27,741 nucleotides of DNA from Gemmatimonadaceae bacterium (GCA_013820975.1 JACDHQ010000001.1:1-27741), one strand, 5' to 3'; positions 9,410-18,115 are shown, numbered from the stretch's first letter. Translations and numbers: made by a program. The notes: generated by a model not told the origin, from the letters alone.

Positions 9410-10513
9410 ATGACGCCCCTTTCGCACGGACGGCGTTTCGCCGTGGACTGCACGATCTATCGGGCGGGCATGGCGGGCATGGGCACCTACGTGCTGAACC
9501 TGTGCGAGGGGCTGTCCCGTGTCGCACGTCCCGGCGAAGTCTCGCTGCTGGTTCAGCGGCGCGAGGCTGCTGCCTTCGCCGAATTCAGCCCGCGGTTGCG
9601 CATCAGGACCGTACCGGGAAGCGGGGTCGTCCAGCGGCTGCTCTGGCAGAACCTGGTCTTCCCGATGATGAGTGGGCCGTACGACGCTGTCTGTTTTCCG
9701 GCGACTTTCCGGCCGATCCTGTTCCCCAAGCCCACGGTCGTCGTCGTTCACGACCTCCAGTATCTGACCTTTCCGGAGCACTGGACGCCGGCCCGGCTCG
9801 CGTATCGCCGGATGCTCAGCGGACTCACCATTCGACACGCATCACGTCTGATTGCCATCTCCCCCTTCACCGCGTCAGAAGTGCTCGCGCACTTCGGCCG
9901 GGAGGCGCGCGTGGTCGCGAACCCCGTTATCGTCGGCGCCCTGGCCGATGTAACCGGCCAGCCCGAATCGGCCGGCCTGGACGAACCGTTTTTCCTGGTG
10001 CTGGGGAGTCTGCTCCCACACAAGAACATCGGCGCACTCATCGAGGCACTGCGCAGCTGGCCCACAGCTGAGACGATCCCCCGGTTCGTGTTCATTGGTC
10101 CTTTCGTGCCAACGGAGCTTTCGGCCGGGTTGCCGGAAGAGCGCGTTTCCTTCCTGGGCTTCGTCAGCCGCCAGGTCCGCGACGAGCTGTTGCACCGGTG
10201 CGCCGCGGTGGTCATCCCCTCTGTGTTCGAGGGCTTTGGCCTGCCCTACGCGGAGGCGATCCTTGCGGGAAAGCCCGTTATCGCCTCGGACATTCTGCCG
10301 GCGCGGGACCTGATCGGCGACGACGGACACTACATCGCCGCGCCGTACGACGCTGCAAGCATCCAGGCCACGCTTCAGGCGGTGGTGAGGGGTCCGCTTC
10401 GCAAGCCGTCGCAGGCCACGATCGACGCCATTCGAGATCGGACGGATCCTGCCACCGTGGGGCGGCAGGTTCTCGAGACGTTGCGCGAGGCCGCGGAACG
10501 TCGTGCGGAATAA
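9410..10513 (+). CDS. GT4 family glycosyltransferase (MtfB/WbaZ-like)
   Basis: Motifs: VVVHDLQY, IAISPFTASE, GSLLPHKN, PSVFEGFGLPYAEA (E-x7-E), ASDI. Confidence 0.9.
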   Translation: MTPLSHGRRFAVDCTIYRAGMAGMGTYVLNLCEGLSRVARPGEVSLLVQRREAAAFAEFSPRLRIRTVPGSGVVQRLLWQNLVFPMMSGPYDAVCFPATFRPILFPKPTVVVVHDLQYLTFPEHWTPARLAYRRMLSGLTIRHASRLIAISPFTASEVLAHFGREARVVANPVIVGALADVTGQPESAGLDEPFFLVLGSLLPHKNIGALIEALRSWPTAETIPRFVFIGPFVPTELSAGLPEERVSFLGFVSRQVRDELLHRCAAVVIPSVFEGFGLPYAEAILAGKPVIASDILPARDLIGDDGHYIAAPYDAASIQATLQAVVRGPLRKPSQATIDAIRDRTDPATVGRQVLETLREAAERRAE

Positions 10514-10564
10514 ATCCGGGCCTGGGGTTTTGTCGGCCGGCCTGACCAGACCTCGTACTCCGCA

Positions 10565-11587
10565 CTACACCCGCTTGACCGTGTTCCACTCCAGCAGGCA
10601 CGCCCCCCACGAGTAGCCCACCCCAAAGCCGACGAGCATCACTCGATCTCCGGGCCCGAAGTCGACACCCTTCTCGAACATCGCGATTGGAATCGTGCTG
10701 CTCACGGTGTTGCCGATGGATTCCAGAAACATCGGCGCCTTCTCCTTCGGGATCTTCAGCTTGGTGCGCAGGTGGTCGTTCATGAATGCATTCGCCTGGT
10801 GAAACACGAACCAGTCGACGGCATCCCGCGTGATCCCGGCGCGCCGGAGCGTGGCATCGACGACCTGCGGGACCCGCCTGAGCGTGAACAGAAACAGCTC
10901 CTGGCCATCCATGTACAGCTGCTCCGCTGTCCGCACGGAGCCGTTCTCGTCCTCGACCTCCTGCTGGGTCGCGGCACAGCGCGGCCGGCGCGCGCCACCC
11001 GCTGGGACGATGAGGTTCTCGTAGCCTGCCCCGTCGGTGCCGAGTGTGCAGACGCCGATCTTTGCGCCGCTGCCGTCGCCGTTGATGAGCGTTGCGCTTG
11101 CGCCGTCGCCGAACAGCACGCGTACCGACCGGTCACGCGGGTGAATGAGCTTCGAATACGTCTCGGCAGTGATCAGGAGAACGTTCTTCGCCGAACCCGA
11201 AGCAACCAGTGCCTTTGCGAGGTACAGACCGTACACGTAGCCCGAGCAGCCCTGATTGAAGTCCAGCGCGGCGCAGTCGGTCGGCAGGCCGAGGCGATCC
11301 TGCAGCACGCACGCCGTCGTCGGGAGGAAGTAGTCGGGACTCTGCGTGCAGAGCAGCAGGCAATCCACTGATGCGCGATCGACGTTCATTCCCGTGAGCA
11401 GCTTCTCCGCTGCGGCAAAGCCGAGGTCCGATGCGCTCTCATCGGGACCGGCGATGTGCCGTGCGCGAATGCCTACCTTGGACTCGATGCGCGCCATGTC
11501 CCACGACGGATTCTCTGCCTGGAGGTCGTCGTTGGTCACGATGCGCTCGGGCAGATGATAGGCCATTCCCGCGATGTAGGCGTCCAT
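10565..11587 (-). CDS. 3-oxoacyl-ACP synthase III (FabH-like), copy A
   Basis: Intact Cys-His-Asn triad: NQGCSGYVYG, FHQAN, GNTVSSTIP. Also LFGDGASA and GFGVGYSWG. Confidence 0.92.
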   Translation of the reverse strand: MDAYIAGMAYHLPERIVTNDDLQAENPSWDMARIESKVGIRARHIAGPDESASDLGFAAAEKLLTGMNVDRASVDCLLLCTQSPDYFLPTTACVLQDRLGLPTDCAALDFNQGCSGYVYGLYLAKALVASGSAKNVLLITAETYSKLIHPRDRSVRVLFGDGASATLINGDGSGAKIGVCTLGTDGAGYENLIVPAGGARRPRCAATQQEVEDENGSVRTAEQLYMDGQELFLFTLRRVPQVVDATLRRAGITRDAVDWFVFHQANAFMNDHLRTKLKIPKEKAPMFLESIGNTVSSTIPIAMFEKGVDFGPGDRVMLVGFGVGYSWGACLLEWNTVKRV

Positions 11588-12331
11588 CTACCGGCCCCCC
11601 GATGTCGCGCCATGCCGGGCCGCCTGCGCCGCACCATCCGAGTCGTCGGGCTGCACCGGAGGCACGAACATGAGCCGCTGCGCCGGAACGCCAAACACCG
11701 TGGCGCCCGGTGCCACACGCCGGATCACGACACTCCCCGCACCGACCGTTGCGAAGTCACCCACGCGTGCGCCAGGAAGTACGGCGGCGTGCGCGCCGAG
11801 CGTCACGCCACGACCGAGCACGGCCCCGCCCATGATGTCGCTGTGCGCCCCGACGTGGCAGCCGTCGCCCACGACGACGTCGTGCGCCGGACCGCCCAGC
11901 AGGTCGATGAACACGAAGTCTCCGAGAACGGCGTTGGGGCCGACACCGGTGTACTGCCGCAGCACCACTCCCTCGCCAAGCGTCGCGCTGCGATGCACCA
12001 GCGATGTGGGATGGCGCAGATTCACAAAGCTTGCCCCCCGCGACCGAAGGGCGTTGCACCGGCCAAGCCTGGCGCGCGGCGACGGAATGGCGGGAACGAA
12101 CACCTCGTCGCCGTGGGGGCTGTGGTCGATGATGCCTCCGATCACGGGAAGGTCCACACCGCAGCGGGCCAGCGCATCGCGTGCGCCGTCGACGTCATCA
12201 TCCAGGAAACCCGCGATCTCCCAGTCACGCTGGTCGGCGGGAATCTCCTCCGCCGTCCAGAGTGTCTCCCGGCCGAGGCCTCCCGCTCCGATGATGATGA
12301 GGCGCCGCCGCGCTCCGATGGGATGGCTCAT
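11588..12331 (-). CDS. NeuD/PglD/VioB-family sugar acyltransferase (hexapeptide repeat), copy A, catalytic His present
   Basis: N-terminal IIGAGGLGRE...GFLDDD domain, left-handed beta-helix repeats, 'AHDVVVGDGCHVG', C-terminal GAGSVV...GVPA. Confidence 0.88.
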   Translation of the reverse strand: MSHPIGARRRLIIIGAGGLGRETLWTAEEIPADQRDWEIAGFLDDDVDGARDALARCGVDLPVIGGIIDHSPHGDEVFVPAIPSPRARLGRCNALRSRGASFVNLRHPTSLVHRSATLGEGVVLRQYTGVGPNAVLGDFVFIDLLGGPAHDVVVGDGCHVGAHSDIMGGAVLGRGVTLGAHAAVLPGARVGDFATVGAGSVVIRRVAPGATVFGVPAQRLMFVPPVQPDDSDGAAQAARHGATSGGR

Positions 12332-12334
12332 CGG

Positions 12335-12985
12335 TCAGACGGCCAACGGCCGCGCCGGCACGCCAAGCTGCGTGGAGCCCGCGGCGACACGGCGCAACAC
12401 GACACTGCCGACGCCGATTGTCGCGAACGCGGCGACCCGGACATGCGGGTGGACCGTCACGTGGCTGCCGAGAAAGGTGCCGCGCTCGAGCACGGCGCCG
12501 GACATGAGCTCGCACCGCGCGCCGACGAAGGAGCCCTCGCCGACGACGACATCCTCGCGCAATGACGCGGAAGGGTTGAGCACACTGAACTGGCCCACCG
12601 CTGCCTTGGGCGCAACGCAGGCAAGCGGTCCGATCACCACCCCGGTCCCGATGGATGCGGACCGGTGGACGCGCGCGGTCGGATGAACGAGCGTGATGAA
12701 CGCAGCACCACGATCGAGCAGCGAGCTGCCGATCGCCAGGCGCGCGCGATTGCTCCCGATCGCGGGCAGGAACACCTCGTCGGACCCCGGCACGTGATCG
12801 CGAATGGTGCCCAGCACCGGCAGGTCGACGCCCATGGCGGCGAGGCTCGCCCGCGCGCCGTCCCGATCGTCGTCGAGGAAACCTGCGACATCCCACTCCC
12901 GCGCCGCAGCGGCGATGTCGTCTGCCATCCACAGCACCTCGCGCGCGAACCCGCTTGCGCCGAGCAGCAGCAGTCGCCTGCGCAT
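12335..12985 (-). CDS. NeuD/PglD-family acyltransferase-like protein, copy B, catalytic His position replaced
   Basis: Colinear with copy A (LGASGFARE...GFLDDD...GVDLPV, GSVV...GVPA) but reads 'LREDVVVGEGSFVG' where copy A has 'PAHDVVVGDGCHVG'. Confidence 0.85.
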   Translation of the reverse strand: MRRRLLLLGASGFAREVLWMADDIAAAAREWDVAGFLDDDRDGARASLAAMGVDLPVLGTIRDHVPGSDEVFLPAIGSNRARLAIGSSLLDRGAAFITLVHPTARVHRSASIGTGVVIGPLACVAPKAAVGQFSVLNPSASLREDVVVGEGSFVGARCELMSGAVLERGTFLGSHVTVHPHVRVAAFATIGVGSVVLRRVAAGSTQLGVPARPLAV

Positions 12986-12986
12986 G

Positions 12987-13748
12987 CTAGGCGGAGTAGC
13001 CGCCGTCGATCACCAGCATGGTGCCGGTGACGACGCGGGCAGCGTCGGACAGGAGATAGGCTGCCATCACGGCAACCTCCTCGGGTTTCGGAATCCCCAG
13101 AAAGTGCTCTTCCTCGAGCTTGGTGATGACCGCGTCGGGTGTCGTCGCTTTCATCTCGTGGTACATGGGCGTCTCCACGTAGCCCGGTGCGATCGCGTTC
13201 ACCCGCACCCGTCTGGGCCCGAGCTCCTTGGCCGCGGAGCGCACGATGCCGTTGATGGCGCCCTTGGTGCCGGCATACGTCACCAGCCCGGGCGACCCAT
13301 CGAAGCTCGCCACCGACGACAGCAGCACGACGGATGACTGCCCGGCCGCCACCCCCTTGGCACTGAACCCGCGCAGGAGTCCCAGCGCCGCGTACACGTT
13401 GGGGATCATGAGGTTATCCGTGTTCGCGCGATTTGCCACGCGGATCGGCATCGTGACGCTCAGTCCCGCGGAATGCACCAGCCCATCGAGCGGCGCCTCC
13501 GCGCGTTCGCGCACACCCGTGATCCATGCCGGAATGCCGTCCATCGCCGTGAGGTCGAATGGCTCGACGCGGTGCATCTCCGCATTGGGCAATGCGGCCT
13601 GCGTCTCGCGCAGCGCACCCTCGCGGCGTCCGCCGAGCACGACACGTGCGCCGAGCTGGCCGCAGAGAATGGCGATCGCGCGGCCGATGCCGGATGAGGC
13701 GCCGGTGACGAGGATGGTCTTTCCGGTGAGGTCGAGCGGATTGTGCAC
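12987..13748 (-). CDS. FabG-like classical SDR (putative 3-oxoacyl-ACP reductase), copy A
   Basis: TGASSGIG, LVHSAG, SS, YAGTK (YxxxK), RVNAIAPG, IDGG. GTG start. Confidence 0.88.
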   Translation of the reverse strand: MHNPLDLTGKTILVTGASSGIGRAIAILCGQLGARVVLGGRREGALRETQAALPNAEMHRVEPFDLTAMDGIPAWITGVRERAEAPLDGLVHSAGLSVTMPIRVANRANTDNLMIPNVYAALGLLRGFSAKGVAAGQSSVVLLSSVASFDGSPGLVTYAGTKGAINGIVRSAAKELGPRRVRVNAIAPGYVETPMYHEMKATTPDAVITKLEEEHFLGIPKPEEVAVMAAYLLSDAARVVTGTMLVIDGGYSA

Positions 13749-13757
13749 GGGTGAAAC

Positions 13758-14894
13758 TCAGGCGTGAGTCAACGGATGTGATGCGGCGGAAGTGGACATC
13801 TGCTCCATGTACGCAGCGTGAAAGCGGTGCACCCGTTCTTCCTCTTCGCTGAGGATGCCCGGCTGCGTGGCGTCGCGCAGCCCGAGCTGGACTGCCTCGC
13901 ATACGACCCGATCTTCATGCGTCACCTTCTCGGTAAAAACCGCCGTCGACTCGGTCAGCGCGCTGTGCACCATCTCCTGCACGCCGGCGTCGGCCTTCAT
14001 TCGTGACAGAAAGACGATGCTCGTGAGCTGGGTCTCGACGGGGCTCACGGGGCGCAGCACCTGAAACCCGAAGGTCGCGCCGCAGAGGGTGGAGACGGTG
14101 ACGTTGGGGAAGATGAGCTGGTGGACGTAGCCGGGCACCGGATGCGGCATGCGGCTCGCCTTCACCAGGCGACCCAGCCGCGACGCCGTCGACGCCTCCA
14201 CGGGCGCATGCCAGGAGGAATGCAGGCCGTCGAAGCGGAAATCCATGCCGGACATCTCGAGCGGCTTGAACGTCTCCTCATGCACGAAGCCGACGTGATA
14301 CGCCTCGAGCCCGTTCTCCACTGCGACCTTCCAGTTGCAGCGCAGGAGGACATCGAGCCGCGAAACCGGCGTGCCGAGTGCGAGGCTCATCTGCTCGAGC
14401 GGCGCGAAGCTCGCACCGAGAAACTCACGAAGCGACTCCCCGGGTACGGACGAATCTCCCTCGCCTTCGGCGCCTTCGCGAACGAACACCAGGCCACCGC
14501 ACACATCCAGGTCGTAGCGTCGCAACGCAAGTCTTGCGACCTCCGCGCGGTCCTTCAGTGCATCGAAGCGCGGGCGACTCGGAATGCTGTACGGAATGCC
14601 CTCGGCGTTGTAGATCCACCCGTGATACCCGCACCGCAGCTTGCCATTGCCCTTTGCCTCGCACCGGAGCCGTGAAAATCGGTGCGAGCAGACATTGGCG
14701 AATCCGCGCAGCTCGCCGTCGAAGTTCTGAACCAGCACGGCGCGGCCGGCGACTTCGGTGGTGATGAAGTCGTTGGGAGCCGCGAGATCGGTGGCGAAGC
14801 CGGCGAACTGCCACAGGCGGCCGAAGAGGGACTGGCGTTCCATCCGGAACGCTTCGTCCTCGAAGTACGCGCTGCGGGGAATGAGGGGACGCAC
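13758..14894 (-). CDS. Rieske non-heme iron oxygenase alpha subunit (choline monooxygenase/ring-hydroxylating family)
   Basis: Rieske ligands CSH...CGYH (C-x-H...C-x2-H). Mononuclear Fe motif NWKVAVENGLEAYHVGFVH and EDRVVCEAVQLG. Confidence 0.92.
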   Translation of the reverse strand: MRPLIPRSAYFEDEAFRMERQSLFGRLWQFAGFATDLAAPNDFITTEVAGRAVLVQNFDGELRGFANVCSHRFSRLRCEAKGNGKLRCGYHGWIYNAEGIPYSIPSRPRFDALKDRAEVARLALRRYDLDVCGGLVFVREGAEGEGDSSVPGESLREFLGASFAPLEQMSLALGTPVSRLDVLLRCNWKVAVENGLEAYHVGFVHEETFKPLEMSGMDFRFDGLHSSWHAPVEASTASRLGRLVKASRMPHPVPGYVHQLIFPNVTVSTLCGATFGFQVLRPVSPVETQLTSIVFLSRMKADAGVQEMVHSALTESTAVFTEKVTHEDRVVCEAVQLGLRDATQPGILSEEEERVHRFHAAYMEQMSTSAASHPLTHA

Positions 14895-14903
14895 TGGCGG
14901 CGG

Positions 14904-15143
14904 TCAGCTCGCGAGCGAGGTCTTGGCCGACAGGTAATCCACCACGTCCTGCACCGTCAGGAACCCCCGAATTGCCGAGGACTCGATCTGCACGCCGAGC
15001 TGCTCATCGACCATCGACATGATCGTGAGCCACCCGATGGAGTTCCACTCCTCGACGTCCGCGATGCGCGTGTCGGGCGTCAGCACGCCGGCATCCACTT
15101 CCAGTCCTTCCGCGAACAGTTCCACGAGCTTGTCGTTCGTCAT
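14904..15143 (-). CDS. Acyl carrier protein
   Basis: 79 aa, acidic, start ATG 15143 with GAGGAAAGG upstream. Phosphopantetheine site WNSIG (DSL-type motif with Asn), then LGVQI...TVQDVVDYL. Confidence 0.88.
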   Translation of the reverse strand: MTNDKLVELFAEGLEVDAGVLTPDTRIADVEEWNSIGWLTIMSMVDEQLGVQIESSAIRGFLTVQDVVDYLSAKTSLAS

Positions 15144-15213
15144 CGTCCCTTTCCTCGATCGGATGAGCCGTTCACTGCAGCCAGCGGTTGTGCGGGCTGC
15201 GGCACGACTCCGT

Positions 15214-15969
15214 TCAACAGGTCCAGCCGCCATCGATCACCAGCGTCGTGCCGGAGATCGTACGCGTCGCATCTGACAAGAGGTATGCCGCGGAAGTTGC
15301 GACATCCTCCGGCGAAATGGCGCCGAGGAACTGGCGCTCCGCCACCTTCGCAAAGCCATCGCCCTGAATGTCCTGCACGACGTCCATGATCGGGCCCTGG
15401 ACCCACGCCGGGGCCACGCAGTTGATGCGCATGCGCCGCGGCGCCAGCTCCTTTGCCGCCGAACGGACCATGGCATGGAGCGCGCCCTTGGATGCACTGT
15501 ACACGGAGTGCCCGAGCGCGCCCGCAAGTCCGCTCACCGACGAGACCAGCACCAGCGATGCCGCGTCTGCCCCCACTCCTTTCGCTGCCATTCCGCGAAC
15601 AAGGGCCAGCGAGGCATACACGTTCAGCACCATGAGATCCTCCATCCGGCTCCGGTTGAGGATCCGGATGGGTATGGCTGTACTGAGCCCCGCCGCGTGC
15701 ACCACGCCGTCGAACGGGACGCCCCGCGCTGCCGCAACTCCCTTGAGCCACGCGGGAATGCCGTCAACCTCCGTGAGATCGTAGCACGCCGCGACATGGC
15801 CGGTGCCTTCGAGCATCCCCAGCGTCTCTTCGAGCGCATCCTGACGACGCGCCACGAGCACGAGTTCCGCTCCGAGCTGGCCGAGCACCACGGCGGTCGC
15901 GCGACCGATGCCCGACGAGGCCCCGGTCACGATCACGCGCTTGCCGCTCAGGTCAAGCGGATTGCGCAT
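15214..15969 (-). CDS. FabG-like classical SDR (putative 3-oxoacyl-ACP reductase), copy B
   Basis: TGASSGIG, VVHAAG, SS, YSASK, RINCVAP, IDGG. Shares the N-terminal NPLDL(S/T)GK with copy A. Confidence 0.88.
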   Translation of the reverse strand: MRNPLDLSGKRVIVTGASSGIGRATAVVLGQLGAELVLVARRQDALEETLGMLEGTGHVAACYDLTEVDGIPAWLKGVAAARGVPFDGVVHAAGLSTAIPIRILNRSRMEDLMVLNVYASLALVRGMAAKGVGADAASLVLVSSVSGLAGALGHSVYSASKGALHAMVRSAAKELAPRRMRINCVAPAWVQGPIMDVVQDIQGDGFAKVAERQFLGAISPEDVATSAAYLLSDATRTISGTTLVIDGGWTC

Positions 15970-17071
15970 GCTCGATCTGCATCTGCTCCACCGGACTTCG
16001 CCCCGCTACCACCGGAACGCGAATCACCTGAGCAACCTCGAGCCGCATCTCCACGGCGGCCGCGGCCCACGACAACCCGATGCCGAATCCCGCAAGGACC
16101 ATCTTCTCGGGCGTGCCGCTGGTGAGCACCGGCGCGAGGTCGTCGCCGAGCAGCAGCGGAATGGAAGACATGGAGGTATTGCCGTAGCGCTGGATGTTCA
16201 CCGGCACCTGCTCCGGCAGCACCTTCAGCTTCTTCGCCATCATGTTGAGGATGAAGCCGTTCGCCTGGTGAAACGCGAACGCCTTCACCTCCTCCTTCTG
16301 CCAGCCGTGCAGCGCGAGCACGTCCCTGATGAGCGTCGGCACACGCTTGAGCGTGAAGTTGAACACGGCCAGGCCATCCATGTACAGCTCGAACGGCGCA
16401 CGGCGATTGCCGTCTTCTGCGTCAACGCGCTGCAGCAACTCGGCTGTTGGCCGCTGGCGCCATCCGCCGGCCGGCGCGATGAGGTGACACGCGCCGGTGC
16501 CATCGCTGCCGAGGACGAATGAGATGGGCGGTGCGGTCTCGTCGAACTCCAGCGCGGTCGCCGTGCCAGCATCGCCGAACAGCATCGCGACGGAGCGATC
16601 CTCCGAGGAGATACCGATGCTCGAGGTATCGCCGGCAAGCAGCAGGAAGCGCTTGAGCCCACCCGACTGGATGAACTGGGATCCCATGTACAGGCCATAG
16701 ACATAGCCCGAGCAGCCCTGGTTCACGTCGAACGCAAGGGCATCGCTCGATAGCCCCAGACGCCCGTGCGCGATGTTCGCTGTCGCGGGGCAAAGATGGT
16801 CTGGGGTCTGGGTCACCATGATGACACCGTCGATGGACTCGCGCTCCCAGCCGAGGTCCGCGAGCAGCCGTTCGGCGGCCTGCACCGCGAGGTCGCCCGC
16901 GGTCTGCCCGGGCGCGACGCGGTGCACCGTCTCCAGTCCGACCGTTTTCGCGATCTTCTGGACGTCGGACTCACCGAAGTGCTTGCCGATCTCGGCGACC
17001 TGCAACGGTTCGCCGGGTACGGCGCACACGACTCCGCGGATCGCGACGTTCCTGTTCTGTGTTCTTGCCAT
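15953..17071 (-). CDS. 3-oxoacyl-ACP synthase III (FabH-like), copy B
   Basis: Intact triad: NQGCSGYVYG, FHQAN, GNTSMSSIP. Also LFGDAGTA and GFGIGLSWA. AGGAG precedes the ATG. Confidence 0.92.
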   Translation of the reverse strand: MARTQNRNVAIRGVVCAVPGEPLQVAEIGKHFGESDVQKIAKTVGLETVHRVAPGQTAGDLAVQAAERLLADLGWERESIDGVIMVTQTPDHLCPATANIAHGRLGLSSDALAFDVNQGCSGYVYGLYMGSQFIQSGGLKRFLLLAGDTSSIGISSEDRSVAMLFGDAGTATALEFDETAPPISFVLGSDGTGACHLIAPAGGWRQRPTAELLQRVDAEDGNRRAPFELYMDGLAVFNFTLKRVPTLIRDVLALHGWQKEEVKAFAFHQANGFILNMMAKKLKVLPEQVPVNIQRYGNTSMSSIPLLLGDDLAPVLTSGTPEKMVLAGFGIGLSWAAAAVEMRLEVAQVIRVPVVAGRSPVEQMQIEHAQSA

Positions 17072-17080
17072 GCCCGACTC

Positions 17081-17458
17081 CTAGGTGAGTACGACCACTG
17101 CGCCGGCGATTCCGCCGTCGTGGCTGATGCTCGTCTCGAACGTGGTGAAGCCTGCCTCGCTTGCGCGGCGCAGCGCTTCACCGGACAACTCCAGCACTGG
17201 TGCTCCCGAATCGGCGGTGGTCGTCTCGATGTCGCCGAGTGGGATGCCCGCGCTCAGGCCCGTGCCGAGTGCCTTGAGCACCGCCTCCTTTGTGGCGAAC
17301 CGGCCGGCGAGGTACGCGTAGCGGCGGAACTCGTTCGCATCCTGAACCGCAGCAAGCTCGCGCTCCGAAAAGGTCCGCGCGGCCAGCGGGGGATGCGCCT
17401 GCAGGAGGCGGCGCAACCGGGCAATTTCGACGAGGTCCAGTCCGACCCTGAGTGGCAT
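17081..17458 (-). CDS. acpS: Holo-ACP synthase (AcpS-type phosphopantetheinyl transferase)
   Basis: GLDLVEIAR, FSERE, LAGRFATKEAVLKALGTG, SISHD. Confidence 0.93.
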   Translation of the reverse strand: MPLRVGLDLVEIARLRRLLQAHPPLAARTFSERELAAVQDANEFRRYAYLAGRFATKEAVLKALGTGLSAGIPLGDIETTTADSGAPVLELSGEALRRASEAGFTTFETSISHDGGIAGAVVVLT

Positions 17459-17461
17459 CGG

Positions 17462-18079
17462 TCACTCCAGGATCGAGACGATCCTGAGGGAAGGCTCGGC
17501 CAGCTTCGCGAGCCGGGCCCGAATGGCCTCATCCTGAGTGATGCTGGTGATGACCACGGCATCGGGGGCGAGGCCGCGAAGCTCCGAGCGGTGCCGGATG
17601 GGTGCACCGCGGCACAGGCGTCCCCGCTTGACCGGGTCGTCGTCGATGACGCAGACGACGGTGACGACCTCGGTGCCTGTGAGCGCATCCATCACCACTT
17701 CCCCCGTTTCGCCGGCGCCATACAGCGCCACCCTGAAGACGCCCTGCTTGCGGAGCTCGCCGAAGAACTGCCGGAAGCGCGAGCGGGTCGCCTGGGTCAG
17801 CCGGACGAGCTCGGCCCGGTAGCTGACCTGGTGGTACGCGAGGCAACGCCTGCCCTGGGGCGTGAGGCGATAGGCCATGCCCTGGGAGAGCTGTTCGGTG
17901 GTGATGTACTCGCGTTCCTTGAACATGCGGATGTAGGCATTGACGCGAGCCGGCGTGAGCCCGACGAGGCTGGCGAGCGAACTCTGCGAGGTTTGCGGCT
18001 GACCTTCGAGCAGTTCCATCAGCTGGAGCTCGCGCATGCGGGGCGAGGGCTCCAGGTAGTCGGCGGTCGTGGTGGTCAT
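17462..18079 (-). CDS. Winged helix-turn-helix (MarR/EPS-associated type) regulator with C-terminal Rossmann-like (CoA/NAD-binding) domain
   Basis: N-terminal SQSSLASLVGLTPARVNAYIR...YRLTPQG (wHTH). C-terminal VALYGAGETG...VIDDDPVKRG...PDAVVITS. Confidence 0.82.
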   Translation of the reverse strand: MTTTTADYLEPSPRMRELQLMELLEGQPQTSQSSLASLVGLTPARVNAYIRMFKEREYITTEQLSQGMAYRLTPQGRRCLAYHQVSYRAELVRLTQATRSRFRQFFGELRKQGVFRVALYGAGETGEVVMDALTGTEVVTVVCVIDDDPVKRGRLCRGAPIRHRSELRGLAPDAVVITSITQDEAIRARLAKLAEPSLRIVSILE

Positions 18080-18087
18080 GGTGCCGG

Positions 18088-18115
18088 AATATAGCGAGGG
18101 AACTCATTCAGTGAA
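18088..18115 (-). promoter_or_regulatory. sigma70-type promoter TTCACT-N16-TATATT, 8 nt upstream of the regulator ATG (leaderless-like)
   Basis: Minus-strand -35 at 18115-18110 and -10 at 18093-18088. No Shine-Dalgarno between the -10 and ATG 18079. Confidence 0.55.

Noticed and set aside
10514-10564. Possible terminator between the convergent GT4 and KSIII genes
   Set aside because: Only weak imperfect stems and a 4-nt T run are present. The convergent gap at 2559-2602 likewise shows no clear terminator.
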